Positions 26,147-36,316 are shown, numbered from the stretch's first letter. The stretch: DNA of 49,852 bases from Candidatus Micrarchaeota archaeon (GCA_013425425.1 JACCLJ010000053.1:1-49852); one strand, 5' to 3'. The notes: a model not told the origin generated them from the sequence alone. Numbers and translations: made by a program.

Positions 26147-28672
26147 CTACTCCAAGGGGCAGACATATAAGTACGATGCGGCAGAGGTCGAACCTACATA
26201 AGTTACCGCCGTTCGACCAATTGCCAACGCACCTAGGTACATTGTTCCTTCCCTAAAAATATTTGTTATCGTACCGGCACTAAGGTCAGCTATGAATAAA
26301 CCCGTTCTTTCCCCATCACCGCCATAGAAAACTACTTTATTTTCCCATATATCGGACCGTTCAGCAAATGAAAAACCATCTGCCAGCAAAGTGGTTTCTC
26401 CACTTGGTATATCGTATAAAAATACGTCGCTGTCATGAACTGCACGCTCGACATCAAAAACTATTTTATCCCCATAAATTACGTTGACACGACCGCCGAT
26501 TTCACCGTAGCTAGGTATGTGTTGCAGGTTTCCAGAATCAAAATCATAAATATATAACTCAGGCCTCCATTCAACTGCTTCCCTGTCACGGATTACGGCC
26601 GTTATTTTCGAATCATAAACTCCAGTAGGTGGTATGTCAAACACTTCAAAACTCTCAGGTAAGATGTATTCCTGAACATCACTCGTAACGAGGTCGTACA
26701 TCTTAAGAGTCCACGGCTCGCCAGGAGTTTGTTTCATATAACCCATTCTGTTTCCCTGTATGCCCGGCCAGCTGCCTTCATCAACCATCTCTATATTCTC
26801 TTCACCCAATCGATAAACACAAACACCGTCGCAAGACGTGCCACTGCAGTTCATTACTATCGTATTCTCCCAAATATGTGGCCATAGAGCCGTAGGACTG
26901 CATTCTTCCGTAGCAGGTACGTCCCTGATTTCCTTAGTCTGCACGTCGCCATACTTTAAGATGCCGTCTTGAAAGAAAACCACAGTATTCTCATAAATAT
27001 CTGGTGCGCTAATCGAAGTGCCCGATGCGAGTTCGTAGCAGACCTCCTCATTTGCCAGTTCTAAAGCTCCAGCAACATCCAATACGCCCGCCCCTACATC
27101 CCGGCACCCATCTCCTTTCCTTGCCGACCTCATCAAGATATCTTTCACTTTTACTGGCCGAAATTGTGGATATTCTCCAAAAACTAGTGCAGCAGCACCT
27201 GCAACCATGGGTGCCGAAAGGGAAGTGCCGTTACCTATAACAAGACTCCCATCTGTTCTTTCCCAGTCAGGCATGGCTATGCGATATCCGGGTGCCGAAA
27301 GTTCTACGACTGTTCCTTCTACTGTAAAGTAATGGCCTAGTGTAGAAAGATCGCTGCAAGACGCGCATTCGCATCTGTGTAAATATCGTCTTGGTTCGCA
27401 TAGCGGACCGAGCGCAACCCAATCCATCGTGCACGTCGGATCATCCCAGTCATCTGTCGCTCCAACTAAAATGGCGTTATCCACATAATAATACTCGGAA
27501 GCGCTATGATCTTCGGGAAGCCATTTATCGTCATGCTTAAAACCGTCATTTCCTGCCGCAAAAACAACCAATACATCGTTTTTATATGCCAAACGCATCG
27601 CAGGAAGAAACTCATTTCTAAAATAAGCGCGATCCTCCAGCGTTGCTTGTCCGGTGCATGCATCATTATGGCATGCAGACAAAGATATATTCATGACCTT
27701 CGCGCCCATCCTAATAGCTAATTCTGCAGCTGCTTGAACATCTCCCATTATTACTCCACGTGTGCTGTTAACGACATCTACCGTTATGAGTGGGTTCTTC
27801 CAAGCAATTCCAAAACCACCAACACCATCGTCACCTCTTGCTCCCGTCATTGCTCCAACTACCGTCCCATGTTCTCCCTCTGAAGATTTGATGATACAGC
27901 CTTCAATTGGCTCAATATCACTGCCATAATAAATAGTTCCATCTTCGAAAATGCATCTTAATCCTACTCTTATATCTTTACCAGAAAAATGGCCAGAACC
28001 TACTCTGATACCCGAATCGAGGATAGCGATGGGAACTTCCGACGAGCCAGTCGTTATATCCCACGCTTCTCTCAAATCTATTTTATCAGCCCAATAAAAA
28101 CCGTTTATTGCATCTCCAACGATATTGGGATTTGGATCCAAAAGCGGAGTAAGTACGGTATTCGGCGAAGCGATCCAAACACCTTCCTTTTCTTTCAACT
28201 CATCCAAGATATTTGATAAATCGTCTCCATTTCTAAGTTCGTATTGTACCATCTTCATATCGGGAATCTGACCAACATGTTTTGCTCCTCTTGCAGCTAA
28301 CCACTCCTTTACTTCTTGTATATGAGGGAGGGTTGCTTCTTCCGTGAAGGTTACAAGTACTTGATTCTTTGCAACCTGTGTTGGTGACAAACCCTCTTGC
28401 TGAAAAGACATAAATTTATCTGTAGTTTTGATGTATGTTGCATTAGGAGGCATCTCTGGTATTTCTACATTGTCATTTTTTGCACATCCCGCGATTCCAA
28501 GGAATGCAGAAAGCCCAGCAGTTAAAAGAAATTTACTTAATTCTCGAAAACGTTTAAGCGTCTTTTTGGTCTCTCCCCTTTCAAAAGCAGATTTCCTTCT
28601 AACAGCATCAAATTCATTTTTCTCTTCTATTCTTTCATTATTCCCCATCGCTTTGGTATGTCGTAAAAACAT
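26147..28672 (-). CDS. S8 subtilisin-like serine protease lipoprotein with propeptide and C-terminal beta-propeller repeats
   Basis: ILDSG (Asp), HGTVVG (His), AAGND (oxyanion Asn), GTSLSAPMVAGAAAL (Ser); IAGC lipobox; IWENxxV/IYGDKIV repeats. Confidence 0.92.
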   Translation of the reverse strand: MFLRHTKAMGNNERIEEKNEFDAVRRKSAFERGETKKTLKRFRELSKFLLTAGLSAFLGIAGCAKNDNVEIPEMPPNATYIKTTDKFMSFQQEGLSPTQVAKNQVLVTFTEEATLPHIQEVKEWLAARGAKHVGQIPDMKMVQYELRNGDDLSNILDELKEKEGVWIASPNTVLTPLLDPNPNIVGDAINGFYWADKIDLREAWDITTGSSEVPIAILDSGIRVGSGHFSGKDIRVGLRCIFEDGTIYYGSDIEPIEGCIIKSSEGEHGTVVGAMTGARGDDGVGGFGIAWKNPLITVDVVNSTRGVIMGDVQAAAELAIRMGAKVMNISLSACHNDACTGQATLEDRAYFRNEFLPAMRLAYKNDVLVVFAAGNDGFKHDDKWLPEDHSASEYYYVDNAILVGATDDWDDPTCTMDWVALGPLCEPRRYLHRCECASCSDLSTLGHYFTVEGTVVELSAPGYRIAMPDWERTDGSLVIGNGTSLSAPMVAGAAALVFGEYPQFRPVKVKDILMRSARKGDGCRDVGAGVLDVAGALELANEEVCYELASGTSISAPDIYENTVVFFQDGILKYGDVQTKEIRDVPATEECSPTALWPHIWENTIVMNCSGTSCDGVCVYRLGEENIEMVDEGSWPGIQGNRMGYMKQTPGEPWTLKMYDLVTSDVQEYILPESFEVFDIPPTGVYDSKITAVIRDREAVEWRPELYIYDFDSGNLQHIPSYGEIGGRVNVIYGDKIVFDVERAVHDSDVFLYDIPSGETTLLADGFSFAERSDIWENKVVFYGGDGERTGLFIADLSAGTITNIFREGTMYLGALAIGRTAVTYVGSTSAASYLYVCPLE

Positions 28673-28696
28673 CTTCCCACCGACTTAATTTGACCA

Positions 28697-29197
28697 TCAT
28701 CTTTTCCTTTTCTGATGCCAACTCACTATTCTTAAAATCACAGCCAATAACAACAAAATAAGGAGGACAGGTGTAAACCACGAGGTGTTTCCTTTTTTTA
28801 GCTCTGGGAAGCACATGCTTAGCCCAGTCGTGGGCGAAGCAGTCAACACTTCCTTCCTGTTCCTTAGAATTTCCAAGACCTCGGTCAGATTATCATCCTC
28901 TCCAAGCTGATACTGATATGCTCTCATATACGACACATTTCCAATGAACCTCGCCCCTCTTTCTGCAAACCAATTCTGAAGATTATTTACGTCCTCTCCG
29001 GTCGTATTTTCCGTTAAAGTCACCAAAATGACGTGGCACTCGATGTTATTAGTAGGCGGCGGTGTTATGATATTGAATTTATACAATACAATCGGCATCG
29101 CTAAATATGCCGCGACCAGCAAAATCGCTAAAATAAACAACCAAAGAGAAGCTTTATCCAGTATCTCCGGCCAGTTTCGCTGCGAACCCATGCACAT
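28697..29197 (-). CDS. Two-TM membrane protein carrying a stand-alone S8 propeptide-like domain
   Basis: 71-aa segment aligns without gaps to the neighbouring protease propeptide (26/71 identical by hand count); TM at both ends. Confidence 0.8.
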   Translation of the reverse strand: MCMGSQRNWPEILDKASLWLFILAILLVAAYLAMPIVLYKFNIITPPPTNNIECHVILVTLTENTTGEDVNNLQNWFAERGARFIGNVSYMRAYQYQLGEDDNLTEVLEILRNRKEVLTASPTTGLSMCFPELKKGNTSWFTPVLLILLLLAVILRIVSWHQKRKR

Positions 29198-29386
29198 TAT
29201 TCCCTCGAAACGTCTTTTAACGGCTTCGAAATTACTGCCTCAGTAAACCGCAGCATAATCCCTCTTTTTTCTTCTTTTTCCGGTCTTTTTCTACGCCGTG
29301 GTATACGCCACTTTTTAACCCTAAAATACACAAAAACCAACCTTTAAATAAGGTTTCGGACACAATTAACTTACCGGGTAATAAGT

Positions 29387-30229
29387 ATGAGCAAGGAACT
29401 GCAAAAGCAAAGAATACCTAACGAAGTCCATCCCGTTCGTTCAGTCAAATCCATAATCAGCAAATATCTGGTAACCGGGGCGGCAGTGCTTGCGCTCGGC
29501 TGCGGCGCGCAGGCGACAGGCAACCTAGTCGCAAGCCTCGTGAATGTTCCGATGGGAACCACCAAGACCAGCACCACGCAGGTCATACCCGATAAAAACA
29601 AAGTAGCTGAGACAGACAAGAAAGAGGAAAAGAAAACCGAGATTTCAATCAATGAGTTGAAGGGCTATCAGCTGAAATTCAAAGAGAAACAGGGAGCGTA
29701 TTATGACCAACTTTTCGAAAATGAGAACGGTTTCTATTCTGATATAGGTTTCAAGAAACCGATTCTTCTCGAGAACGGGAAAAAGTCTGTAACAGCAATA
29801 CTATCAATATCCTATGCTACTGAAGTAGTTAAAAAAGGAGGAAACGATGCCGCCAGCGTGCTAATCAGAGTGTACGATATCAAAGAAGATGATTTAGCAA
29901 TGACCGGCAAAGTGACGAGTGGCTGGGTGCTAGATTTTGACAAATTAAGAAAAGAATACAAAGCATTGACCGGTAAAGAACTGAAATACGTGCATACTAT
30001 CGTCGAACACGATGGTAAAGGCAAAGACGAATATATTCAATTCTATGTAATACCTGCTACTTCCAAGAAGATGGTCGAGAAAGGCATTGTAGAGTTGGGA
30101 ATGCCAATCGAGATATTGAATTTGAAATATGATTCAGAGGCCGATAAATATAAGTTGACGACCTTCTCAGATTTTATAACTTCTTCTTCAGCGCCTAATG
30201 TGAGTAATGAAGTATTAGTAAAGAAATAG
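29387..30229 (+). CDS. Exported/lipoprotein-like hypothetical protein
   Basis: Basic N-region, LVTGAAVLALGC, T/K-rich linker, AT-rich beta-rich C-terminal domain; TTTAAATA at 29343. Confidence 0.7.
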   Translation: MSKELQKQRIPNEVHPVRSVKSIISKYLVTGAAVLALGCGAQATGNLVASLVNVPMGTTKTSTTQVIPDKNKVAETDKKEEKKTEISINELKGYQLKFKEKQGAYYDQLFENENGFYSDIGFKKPILLENGKKSVTAILSISYATEVVKKGGNDAASVLIRVYDIKEDDLAMTGKVTSGWVLDFDKLRKEYKALTGKELKYVHTIVEHDGKGKDEYIQFYVIPATSKKMVEKGIVELGMPIEILNLKYDSEADKYKLTTFSDFITSSSAPNVSNEVLVKK

Positions 30230-30265
30230 AAGCATTTTATTTCTTTTCCTCTTTAATCTTAATTT

Positions 30266-31348
30266 ATGGTAGATATAGCTAAAACAAAAGAAGGTAAAGA
30301 AGCAGTCGAAGCTCCAGAAGAACAACTTATCCAAACTGCTAATAATAAGTTGGCAATATACACAAACCCATTCACTCACTCTGCTCCCATAGAACAAAAA
30401 GAAAAGTTGAACACCCAGATGGGCAACCTTATCAAAAATCAGACGGAAGGGCAGTTCAAGACGACCCATAAGGAATTTGCGGATTATTTCGAAATGCTTG
30501 CAAAGAACGATACCGGAATGTTCAATAAGCTGAGAACCGATGCCGGCCTGACCATGATACACGTATCCGACCCGGCGCTTATGCACGCCGCCGCGAACGA
30601 GCTCGCCACCACCGTTCTCAAGGAAACGCTCAGAAGGCAGGAAACGACAGTCACCTGGCTGAAAGAGATAGAGAAGATAAAGAAATTTGGAGATGCGGAG
30701 GGCGCGAAAGAACTCGACAACATGCTTGAGCAGGCGCTGAAAACGAAAAACAAGGCCGACTGGGACCTCTACGTGCAGGAACAGAAGACGAAACTCGTGG
30801 AAGAGGGAAAGACCGACCTGGCGGCTTCGCTGGGGGAGGTCCAAGAGGCTTCGGCAAACAAATGGCTTGAATTGAAGAGCTGGAAGCCGCTCTCTGCAAT
30901 GAAAGATTTCATACCCGCCATGCTGGCAAAGCATGCAGGCGAATACGCCGCCAAGCTGATGGAAAATATTGACGGCTACCTGAGGGAATACCTCGAAAGA
31001 TCGACCGCTGTTTTTGACGGAAAGAAGGACATGAGCAGGGAAGAAAAGAAAATGATGGCCCATGAACTGGAAGAAGCGCAAAAGGCAATGGAAAAACTGG
31101 AAGAGAAGGGCGGAAACAAAAAACTGTTCGAGAAAAATTTCGAGAAGCATCTCAAGATGGAGTTAGCTGCGATGCAGAAGAGCATCAGCGATGAAAGTAT
31201 CCTGAAAGCCGTAAATAAGCTGAATTCCGATGCTTCAAAGCTGGACTCTGCCGACCTTATGCTTGAGAATATGCATCCTTCCGTGGCAGGCGGGGTTTTG
31301 AGGGCTTATCGTAAATCAGCCGCTGACACGGCCATGGCGATGGCATGA
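30266..31348 (+). CDS. Hypothetical alpha-helical protein
   Basis: 360-aa K/E-rich ORF; ATGA overlap with glycosyltransferase. Confidence 0.7.
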   Translation: MVDIAKTKEGKEAVEAPEEQLIQTANNKLAIYTNPFTHSAPIEQKEKLNTQMGNLIKNQTEGQFKTTHKEFADYFEMLAKNDTGMFNKLRTDAGLTMIHVSDPALMHAAANELATTVLKETLRRQETTVTWLKEIEKIKKFGDAEGAKELDNMLEQALKTKNKADWDLYVQEQKTKLVEEGKTDLAASLGEVQEASANKWLELKSWKPLSAMKDFIPAMLAKHAGEYAAKLMENIDGYLREYLERSTAVFDGKKDMSREEKKMMAHELEEAQKAMEKLEEKGGNKKLFEKNFEKHLKMELAAMQKSISDESILKAVNKLNSDASKLDSADLMLENMHPSVAGGVLRAYRKSAADTAMAMA

Positions 31349-32496
31349 AAATAGCAGTATTCACCGAAACTTATCATCCGCAGGTAAACGGCGTCGTCGT
31401 CTTCCTTTCGGACATCCTTCCTCTTCTTTCAAAAAAAGCCAGGATAGTGTTATTCGCGCCGGGCGGAAACAGGCTGAAAATGGAGAATATAAACCGCAAT
31501 TTCAAAATTTACTGGGTGCCTGCGCTTCCATTTCCTTTATACGAAGGATACAGGATGTCAACAATCCTGCCGAAGGAACTGAAAAAAATACTCAAAGAGG
31601 AGAAGCCGGACGTCGTCCATCTCCATGCGCCGGTATTGATGGGCCTGAACGCGATGCGGGTTTCAAGGAAGCTCGGGCTGCCCGTCGTTGCGACGTACCA
31701 TACCCATTTTCCCGATTACATTCCGCATCTTTTCATGGGGCATCTGCCCAAATCCCTTGCAGAGCTTGCGAAATCACCTGTAAAAAAGATGATAGCATAC
31801 GTATTTTCGAAAGCAGACTGCACAACCGCGCCTACTGCCGAGCTTAGGAAGGAGCTCGAAGGCTACGGCGTAAGAAACGTCCTGCACGTGCCGAACGGCG
31901 TGCGTTTTGACAAATTCGGAAAAAGCAACGCAACGGGTTTTCTGAAAAAATACAAAATACCGGAGGACAAGCCGGTAGTCCTGTATGTCGGGAGGGTAAG
32001 CTTTGAAAAAAAGCTCGAAGTCCTCTTGAATGCTTTTAAGAAAATCAGGAATGCCACGCTCGTTATTGTCGGTTCGGGGCCATCGCTGAAGGATTACAAA
32101 AAATTGGCAAAATCGCTGGAACTGGAAAACGTAGTTTTCACAGAGTATGTGGGCGCCAGCAGCCTTCCTGACGCATACGCGGCAGCGGATATTTTCGCTT
32201 CGCCTTCGGACAGCGAGACTTTCGGTCTTACATTCGTAGAAGCGATGTACTTTGGTCTCCCGGTAATAGGCGTAAACCGGCTTGGCGCAAAGGAAGTCAT
32301 ACGCAACAAAAGCAACGGTTTTCTCGTAAAGCCGGACGATGCGGATGGGTTTGCAGAAAAAATAACCCTCCTGCTTGAAAAACCGGAACTTCGCAAAAAA
32401 CTTGGTGCACAGGGCAAGAAGGATTCAAAGAAATACGATATGGAAAGGGTAGCCGAAAAATTCCTGAAGCTTTACGGAAAGCTGGCTAAATCCTGA
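31345..32496 (+). CDS. Glycosyltransferase family 4 (GT-B)
   Basis: TETYHPQVNGVV, YVGRVSFEKK, IVGSGP, ETFGLTFVEAM (EX7E). Confidence 0.92.
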   Translation: MKIAVFTETYHPQVNGVVVFLSDILPLLSKKARIVLFAPGGNRLKMENINRNFKIYWVPALPFPLYEGYRMSTILPKELKKILKEEKPDVVHLHAPVLMGLNAMRVSRKLGLPVVATYHTHFPDYIPHLFMGHLPKSLAELAKSPVKKMIAYVFSKADCTTAPTAELRKELEGYGVRNVLHVPNGVRFDKFGKSNATGFLKKYKIPEDKPVVLYVGRVSFEKKLEVLLNAFKKIRNATLVIVGSGPSLKDYKKLAKSLELENVVFTEYVGASSLPDAYAAADIFASPSDSETFGLTFVEAMYFGLPVIGVNRLGAKEVIRNKSNGFLVKPDDADGFAEKITLLLEKPELRKKLGAQGKKDSKKYDMERVAEKFLKLYGKLAKS

Positions 32497-33670
32497 ATTT
32501 CTTCTCGTTCTCTTCCAATGCCTTTATTCCCGGCAGCTCTTTCCCGGAAAGATATTTTATCAGCGCTTTTCCCGAAAGGCTCACATAACCGAACTTTTTC
32601 TTATCCATGCCGAACTTCGCAAGCGCGCTTATGGTATGCCCTCCTCCGATAAGGGAGAATGCCTTAGAATGCATTATCGCTTCGAGAACCCGCCTCGTTC
32701 CATAAGCGAATTCTTCCATCTCATAAACGCCCACCGGCCCGTTCATCACGACGGCTTCGGATTCCGATATTATCCTGGCATATCTCTCCGCGGTTTTTCT
32801 GCCTATGTCGAATATCTTGCCATTCGCTATCTTTCCGGAATCGCACTCGACGCGCCTATCCTCAATATTCAGCCCTACGTCTTCCGGAAGCTCGATGCTG
32901 TTTCCGAATTCGGCAAGCATCTTTTTCGCATCCTCAAAATGTTCGTTAAGCCCGGTTTCCTCGAGGTATTCGTTTGATTCGCCCACCTGGAACCCCTTCG
33001 CCTTAAGGAAAAGAATGGACAATGCCCCCCCGATAAGGACTTTCTTTGCCTTGCCTTCCCTAAGCCAGTTTTTCATTATGCCGAAGGAATCATTCCCCTT
33101 CGAGCCCCCAAGCACGAACGTGACGCCCTCCACATGCCTCAACGATTCCAGCGCCTTCACCTCATCGGCAAGCACGTCCCCATAAAAAGAAGGCAGTTTC
33201 CTCGCAAACCCGACAACGCTCGAATGCGCCCTGTGCGCAACGCTCAGCGCATCAAGCACGAAATAATCCGCAAGCGGGGAAAGCTCCTTCACTATGCTGC
33301 CCTCTTCCATCGTTTCGCAGTCAAGCATCCGCACGTTCTCAAGCAGAAGCACTTCGCCGTCCTTCAGGCTTTCAATCGCCTTTTTCGCCTTCTCCTCGAC
33401 AAGATTATCCACGTAGGTTAGTGATATTCCCGTGGTTTCGCTCAAAACTCCCGCATGCTGCTTCAGCGTCATGAAATCCTCGCCGCCCTTCCTTCCCTGG
33501 TGCGCAAGCACGATTATCCTGGCTCCGCGCGCTGCAAGCTCCTTTATCGTTTTTGAATGCGCTTCAATCCTCTCGCCCGGAACTATCCTGCCGTTTTCTA
33601 TGGCGCAGTTACAGTCAACCCGCAAAAGTATCTTCTTTCCCTTTACCGGATAGCCGGAAATCCTTCTCAT
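32486..33670 (-). CDS. pgk: Phosphoglycerate kinase
   Basis: LRVDCN, AHQGR, LLENVR, AHRAHSS, LGGSK, NGPVGVYE, GGGHT. Confidence 0.93.
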   Translation of the reverse strand: MRRISGYPVKGKKILLRVDCNCAIENGRIVPGERIEAHSKTIKELAARGARIIVLAHQGRKGGEDFMTLKQHAGVLSETTGISLTYVDNLVEEKAKKAIESLKDGEVLLLENVRMLDCETMEEGSIVKELSPLADYFVLDALSVAHRAHSSVVGFARKLPSFYGDVLADEVKALESLRHVEGVTFVLGGSKGNDSFGIMKNWLREGKAKKVLIGGALSILFLKAKGFQVGESNEYLEETGLNEHFEDAKKMLAEFGNSIELPEDVGLNIEDRRVECDSGKIANGKIFDIGRKTAERYARIISESEAVVMNGPVGVYEMEEFAYGTRRVLEAIMHSKAFSLIGGGHTISALAKFGMDKKKFGYVSLSGKALIKYLSGKELPGIKALEENEKKFRI

Positions 33671-33676
33671 GCCAAC

Positions 33677-35758
33677 TCACCCAGTCTTTTCGGTTTTTTC
33701 CGCGGTCTTCTCCGTATCCTCCTTCTTTTTCTCCTCGCTTCTCTTCTTCCACTTGTCCTTTGAAGGGCAATTCGGGTCTATGCACATCTCAAATCTCATC
33801 CTCTCCCTTGCAACGAAAACGACGGCCTTGCCGCAGACCGGGCATGCCTTTTCGGTCGTTTTGACGAACGCACCCGTAGGCAGCGGATAGGCATTCCTGC
33901 AGTCCGGATATCCGCTGCAGCCTATGAACTGCCTCCCGGCCTTCAATCTTATTATCCTGAGGTTTCCGCCGCACTTGTCGCACTTGCCTATGGCACTCTC
34001 CTTCGCCTCGGTTACCTCGAGCCCGACCCCGATCTCCTTTCCTATGTTCTCTTCGTTCTTCTTCCATTTCTCAAGGATGCGGACGAGCATCCCCTTTCCC
34101 TCCTCGGTAACTTCCTGTTCGCCTATCTTTCCTTCCTGTATCTTTTCCATGTCATCTTCGATTTTTCTCGTAAGCTCATCGTCAAGTATCTCGGGCGCGT
34201 ATTTGTTCAGCACGTCCCTTACCTTCAGCCCGAAATCGGTGACCTCGATCGGCTTTCCGGTCGCGTATCCCCTCTTGAACAGCGTATCGACAACAACGCT
34301 TCTCGTGGCTTTGGTTCCGAGGTGCCGTTTTTCAAGCTCCGAAACAATCGACGCCTGGGTATACCTTTTCGGAGGCTGGGTGTCCTTCTTCGTTTTCCTC
34401 TTTTTCTTTACGCCGACTTCCTCCCCTTCCTTGAATTCCGGAAGCTCCTTGTCCGCGAATTTGAAATACCTGCCGTAGAACTCCGTCCATCCCTCCTTGG
34501 TTATCCTGCCCCCCTTTGCGACATACGGCTCTCCCCCCGCATCCACTTCGATAGTGGTATTCTCCCTTTCCGCAGGCGGCGCAAACGCGGCAAGGAACCG
34601 CCTCACGATCAGGTCATACAGCCTTTCCTCGTCCTTCCCCAGCTTTTCCCTCGGCTTCATTCCGGTCGGATGGATTGCGGGATGCGCGGGGTCGGTTTTC
34701 TTTCCCTGGAATATGCTGAACCATCTGTTTCCGATTATCTTTGCCGCGATGTCCGCATACTCCCCGTTTTCCTTAAGCTTCTCGATTATCCCGGGAAGGT
34801 AAATGCTCGGCGGAATCTGCTGCGAAGACGTTCTCGGGTATGTGATGAGCGAATCTTCATAGAGCGATTGCGAGACTTCAAGCGTTCTCGACGGATTGAA
34901 GCCGAACGTCCGGTGCGCCTCGACCTGCAGGCTCGTCAAATCAAAGCAAGGCCCGGGCCATATCTTTCCCTCCCTTTTCTCCATCCGCGTAACCTTTCCA
35001 CTGCCAGCGGTCCTTTCGAGGCTCCCGTCCGCTTCCTTCTCATCCATGAACTTGTCTTTCTTGTGCGTAAACTGGGCTTCCTTCATCTCTGCGGTGAGAA
35101 CCCAGTAGGGAACCGGGACGAACGCCCTTATCTCCTTCTCAAGCGTTGCAAGTATGTTGAGCGCCGGCCCCTGCACCCGCCCGATGCTCATGATTTTCGC
35201 ATGATGCGCCTTGCGCAGGGAACCCATAAGCGCCCTGCTCAGGTTTATGCCGTAGTACCAGTCGAGTATGTGCCTTGCCTCTCCCGCATAGGCGTTGTTG
35301 TAATCAAAATCGCTTCGGTTCTCATACGCTTCCTTCAGGTCCTTATCCGTCAATGCGGAGAACTTCATCCTCTTTCCTTCCTTTATTTTCGTCGCAAAGC
35401 GGAATATGTTGTATGAGATGAGCGTGCCTTCTATGTCATAGTCGCAGGCGGATACGAACCTGTCCGCCTTTTTCCCGAGCTCTTCAAGAAGGCTGAGATA
35501 GGGCTTTGTGAATGCGGCTCCCTTGGATGCCTTGTAGGAAGGAACCCATTCGATATCGAAAACCGGGTATCCCCTGGATTTTTTGCTCTCAGCCAGCGTG
35601 TAGATATGGCCTACCGCAGGAGCCACGATTATCTCCTTGCCGTCCATCTCTATCTCATAATAACTGACGTTGCCCTTCGCCTTTCTCGTTACCCTGCCGC
35701 CTATGGCCATGGCTATCTTCTGGGTCACTTTCGGCTTTTCCGCTACTATTAATTCCAT
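33677..35758 (-). CDS. topA: DNA topoisomerase type IA with C-terminal zinc ribbons
   Basis: AEKP, CDYDIEG, SIGRVQ, ITYPRT, LGTKATR, CDKCGG/GCSGYPDC/CPVCG. Confidence 0.95.
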   Translation of the reverse strand: MELIVAEKPKVTQKIAMAIGGRVTRKAKGNVSYYEIEMDGKEIIVAPAVGHIYTLAESKKSRGYPVFDIEWVPSYKASKGAAFTKPYLSLLEELGKKADRFVSACDYDIEGTLISYNIFRFATKIKEGKRMKFSALTDKDLKEAYENRSDFDYNNAYAGEARHILDWYYGINLSRALMGSLRKAHHAKIMSIGRVQGPALNILATLEKEIRAFVPVPYWVLTAEMKEAQFTHKKDKFMDEKEADGSLERTAGSGKVTRMEKREGKIWPGPCFDLTSLQVEAHRTFGFNPSRTLEVSQSLYEDSLITYPRTSSQQIPPSIYLPGIIEKLKENGEYADIAAKIIGNRWFSIFQGKKTDPAHPAIHPTGMKPREKLGKDEERLYDLIVRRFLAAFAPPAERENTTIEVDAGGEPYVAKGGRITKEGWTEFYGRYFKFADKELPEFKEGEEVGVKKKRKTKKDTQPPKRYTQASIVSELEKRHLGTKATRSVVVDTLFKRGYATGKPIEVTDFGLKVRDVLNKYAPEILDDELTRKIEDDMEKIQEGKIGEQEVTEEGKGMLVRILEKWKKNEENIGKEIGVGLEVTEAKESAIGKCDKCGGNLRIIRLKAGRQFIGCSGYPDCRNAYPLPTGAFVKTTEKACPVCGKAVVFVARERMRFEMCIDPNCPSKDKWKKRSEEKKKEDTEKTAEKTEKTG

Positions 35759-35820
35759 AGGCAATCAGGATTTTATCTAAATAGGACAATCATTAAAAAG
35801 CTAAGGTGCAAAAATCACCC

Positions 35821-36291
35821 ATGGAATTCCTGAGAATCTCATGGGAGGAAGCCGCCAAGCTTTGCGAGGAGCTCGTCCATAAAACCGAGTACTACAAGCC
35901 GGATATCCTTGTGGGGGTTTCACGGGGCGGCCTTGTTCCGCTGCGCATCTTCTCGGACGTGTTAGGCATAAAGAGGCTGGGCGTTTTGGGCATCCAGTTC
36001 TACAAGAAAATAGGCGAAACGAGCGATTTCCCGGAAATAACGCACGACCTGCCGATAGACGTACGGGGCAAGAAAGTGCTTATCATAGACGACGTCGCCG
36101 ATACGGGAAAGAGCCTCATCGCTGCAAGGGAATACGTTAACAGGAAAGGGGCGAAGGAAATAAAGACCGCGACAATCCATTTCAAGCCGCATTCAATCCT
36201 GAAGCCGGATTATTTCGTCGCGGTGACCACTGCATGGATAATCTATCCATGGGAACGGCATGAAGTAGAAAGAGAATTGAAAAAGAAATAA
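35821..36291 (+). CDS. Purine phosphoribosyltransferase (type I PRT)
   Basis: GVSRGGLVP, VLIIDDVADTGKS, WIIYPWE; alternative GTG start 35806. Confidence 0.88.
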   Translation: MEFLRISWEEAAKLCEELVHKTEYYKPDILVGVSRGGLVPLRIFSDVLGIKRLGVLGIQFYKKIGETSDFPEITHDLPIDVRGKKVLIIDDVADTGKSLIAAREYVNRKGAKEIKTATIHFKPHSILKPDYFVAVTTAWIIYPWERHEVERELKKK

Positions 36292-36316
36292 ATAAAAAAA
36301 AAGAAAAAATTGCCGC

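Noticed and set aside
26147..30420. Integrated mobile element or provirus at the AT-rich region
   Set aside because: No integrase, transposase, att repeat or terminal inverted repeat seen; only a compositional signal
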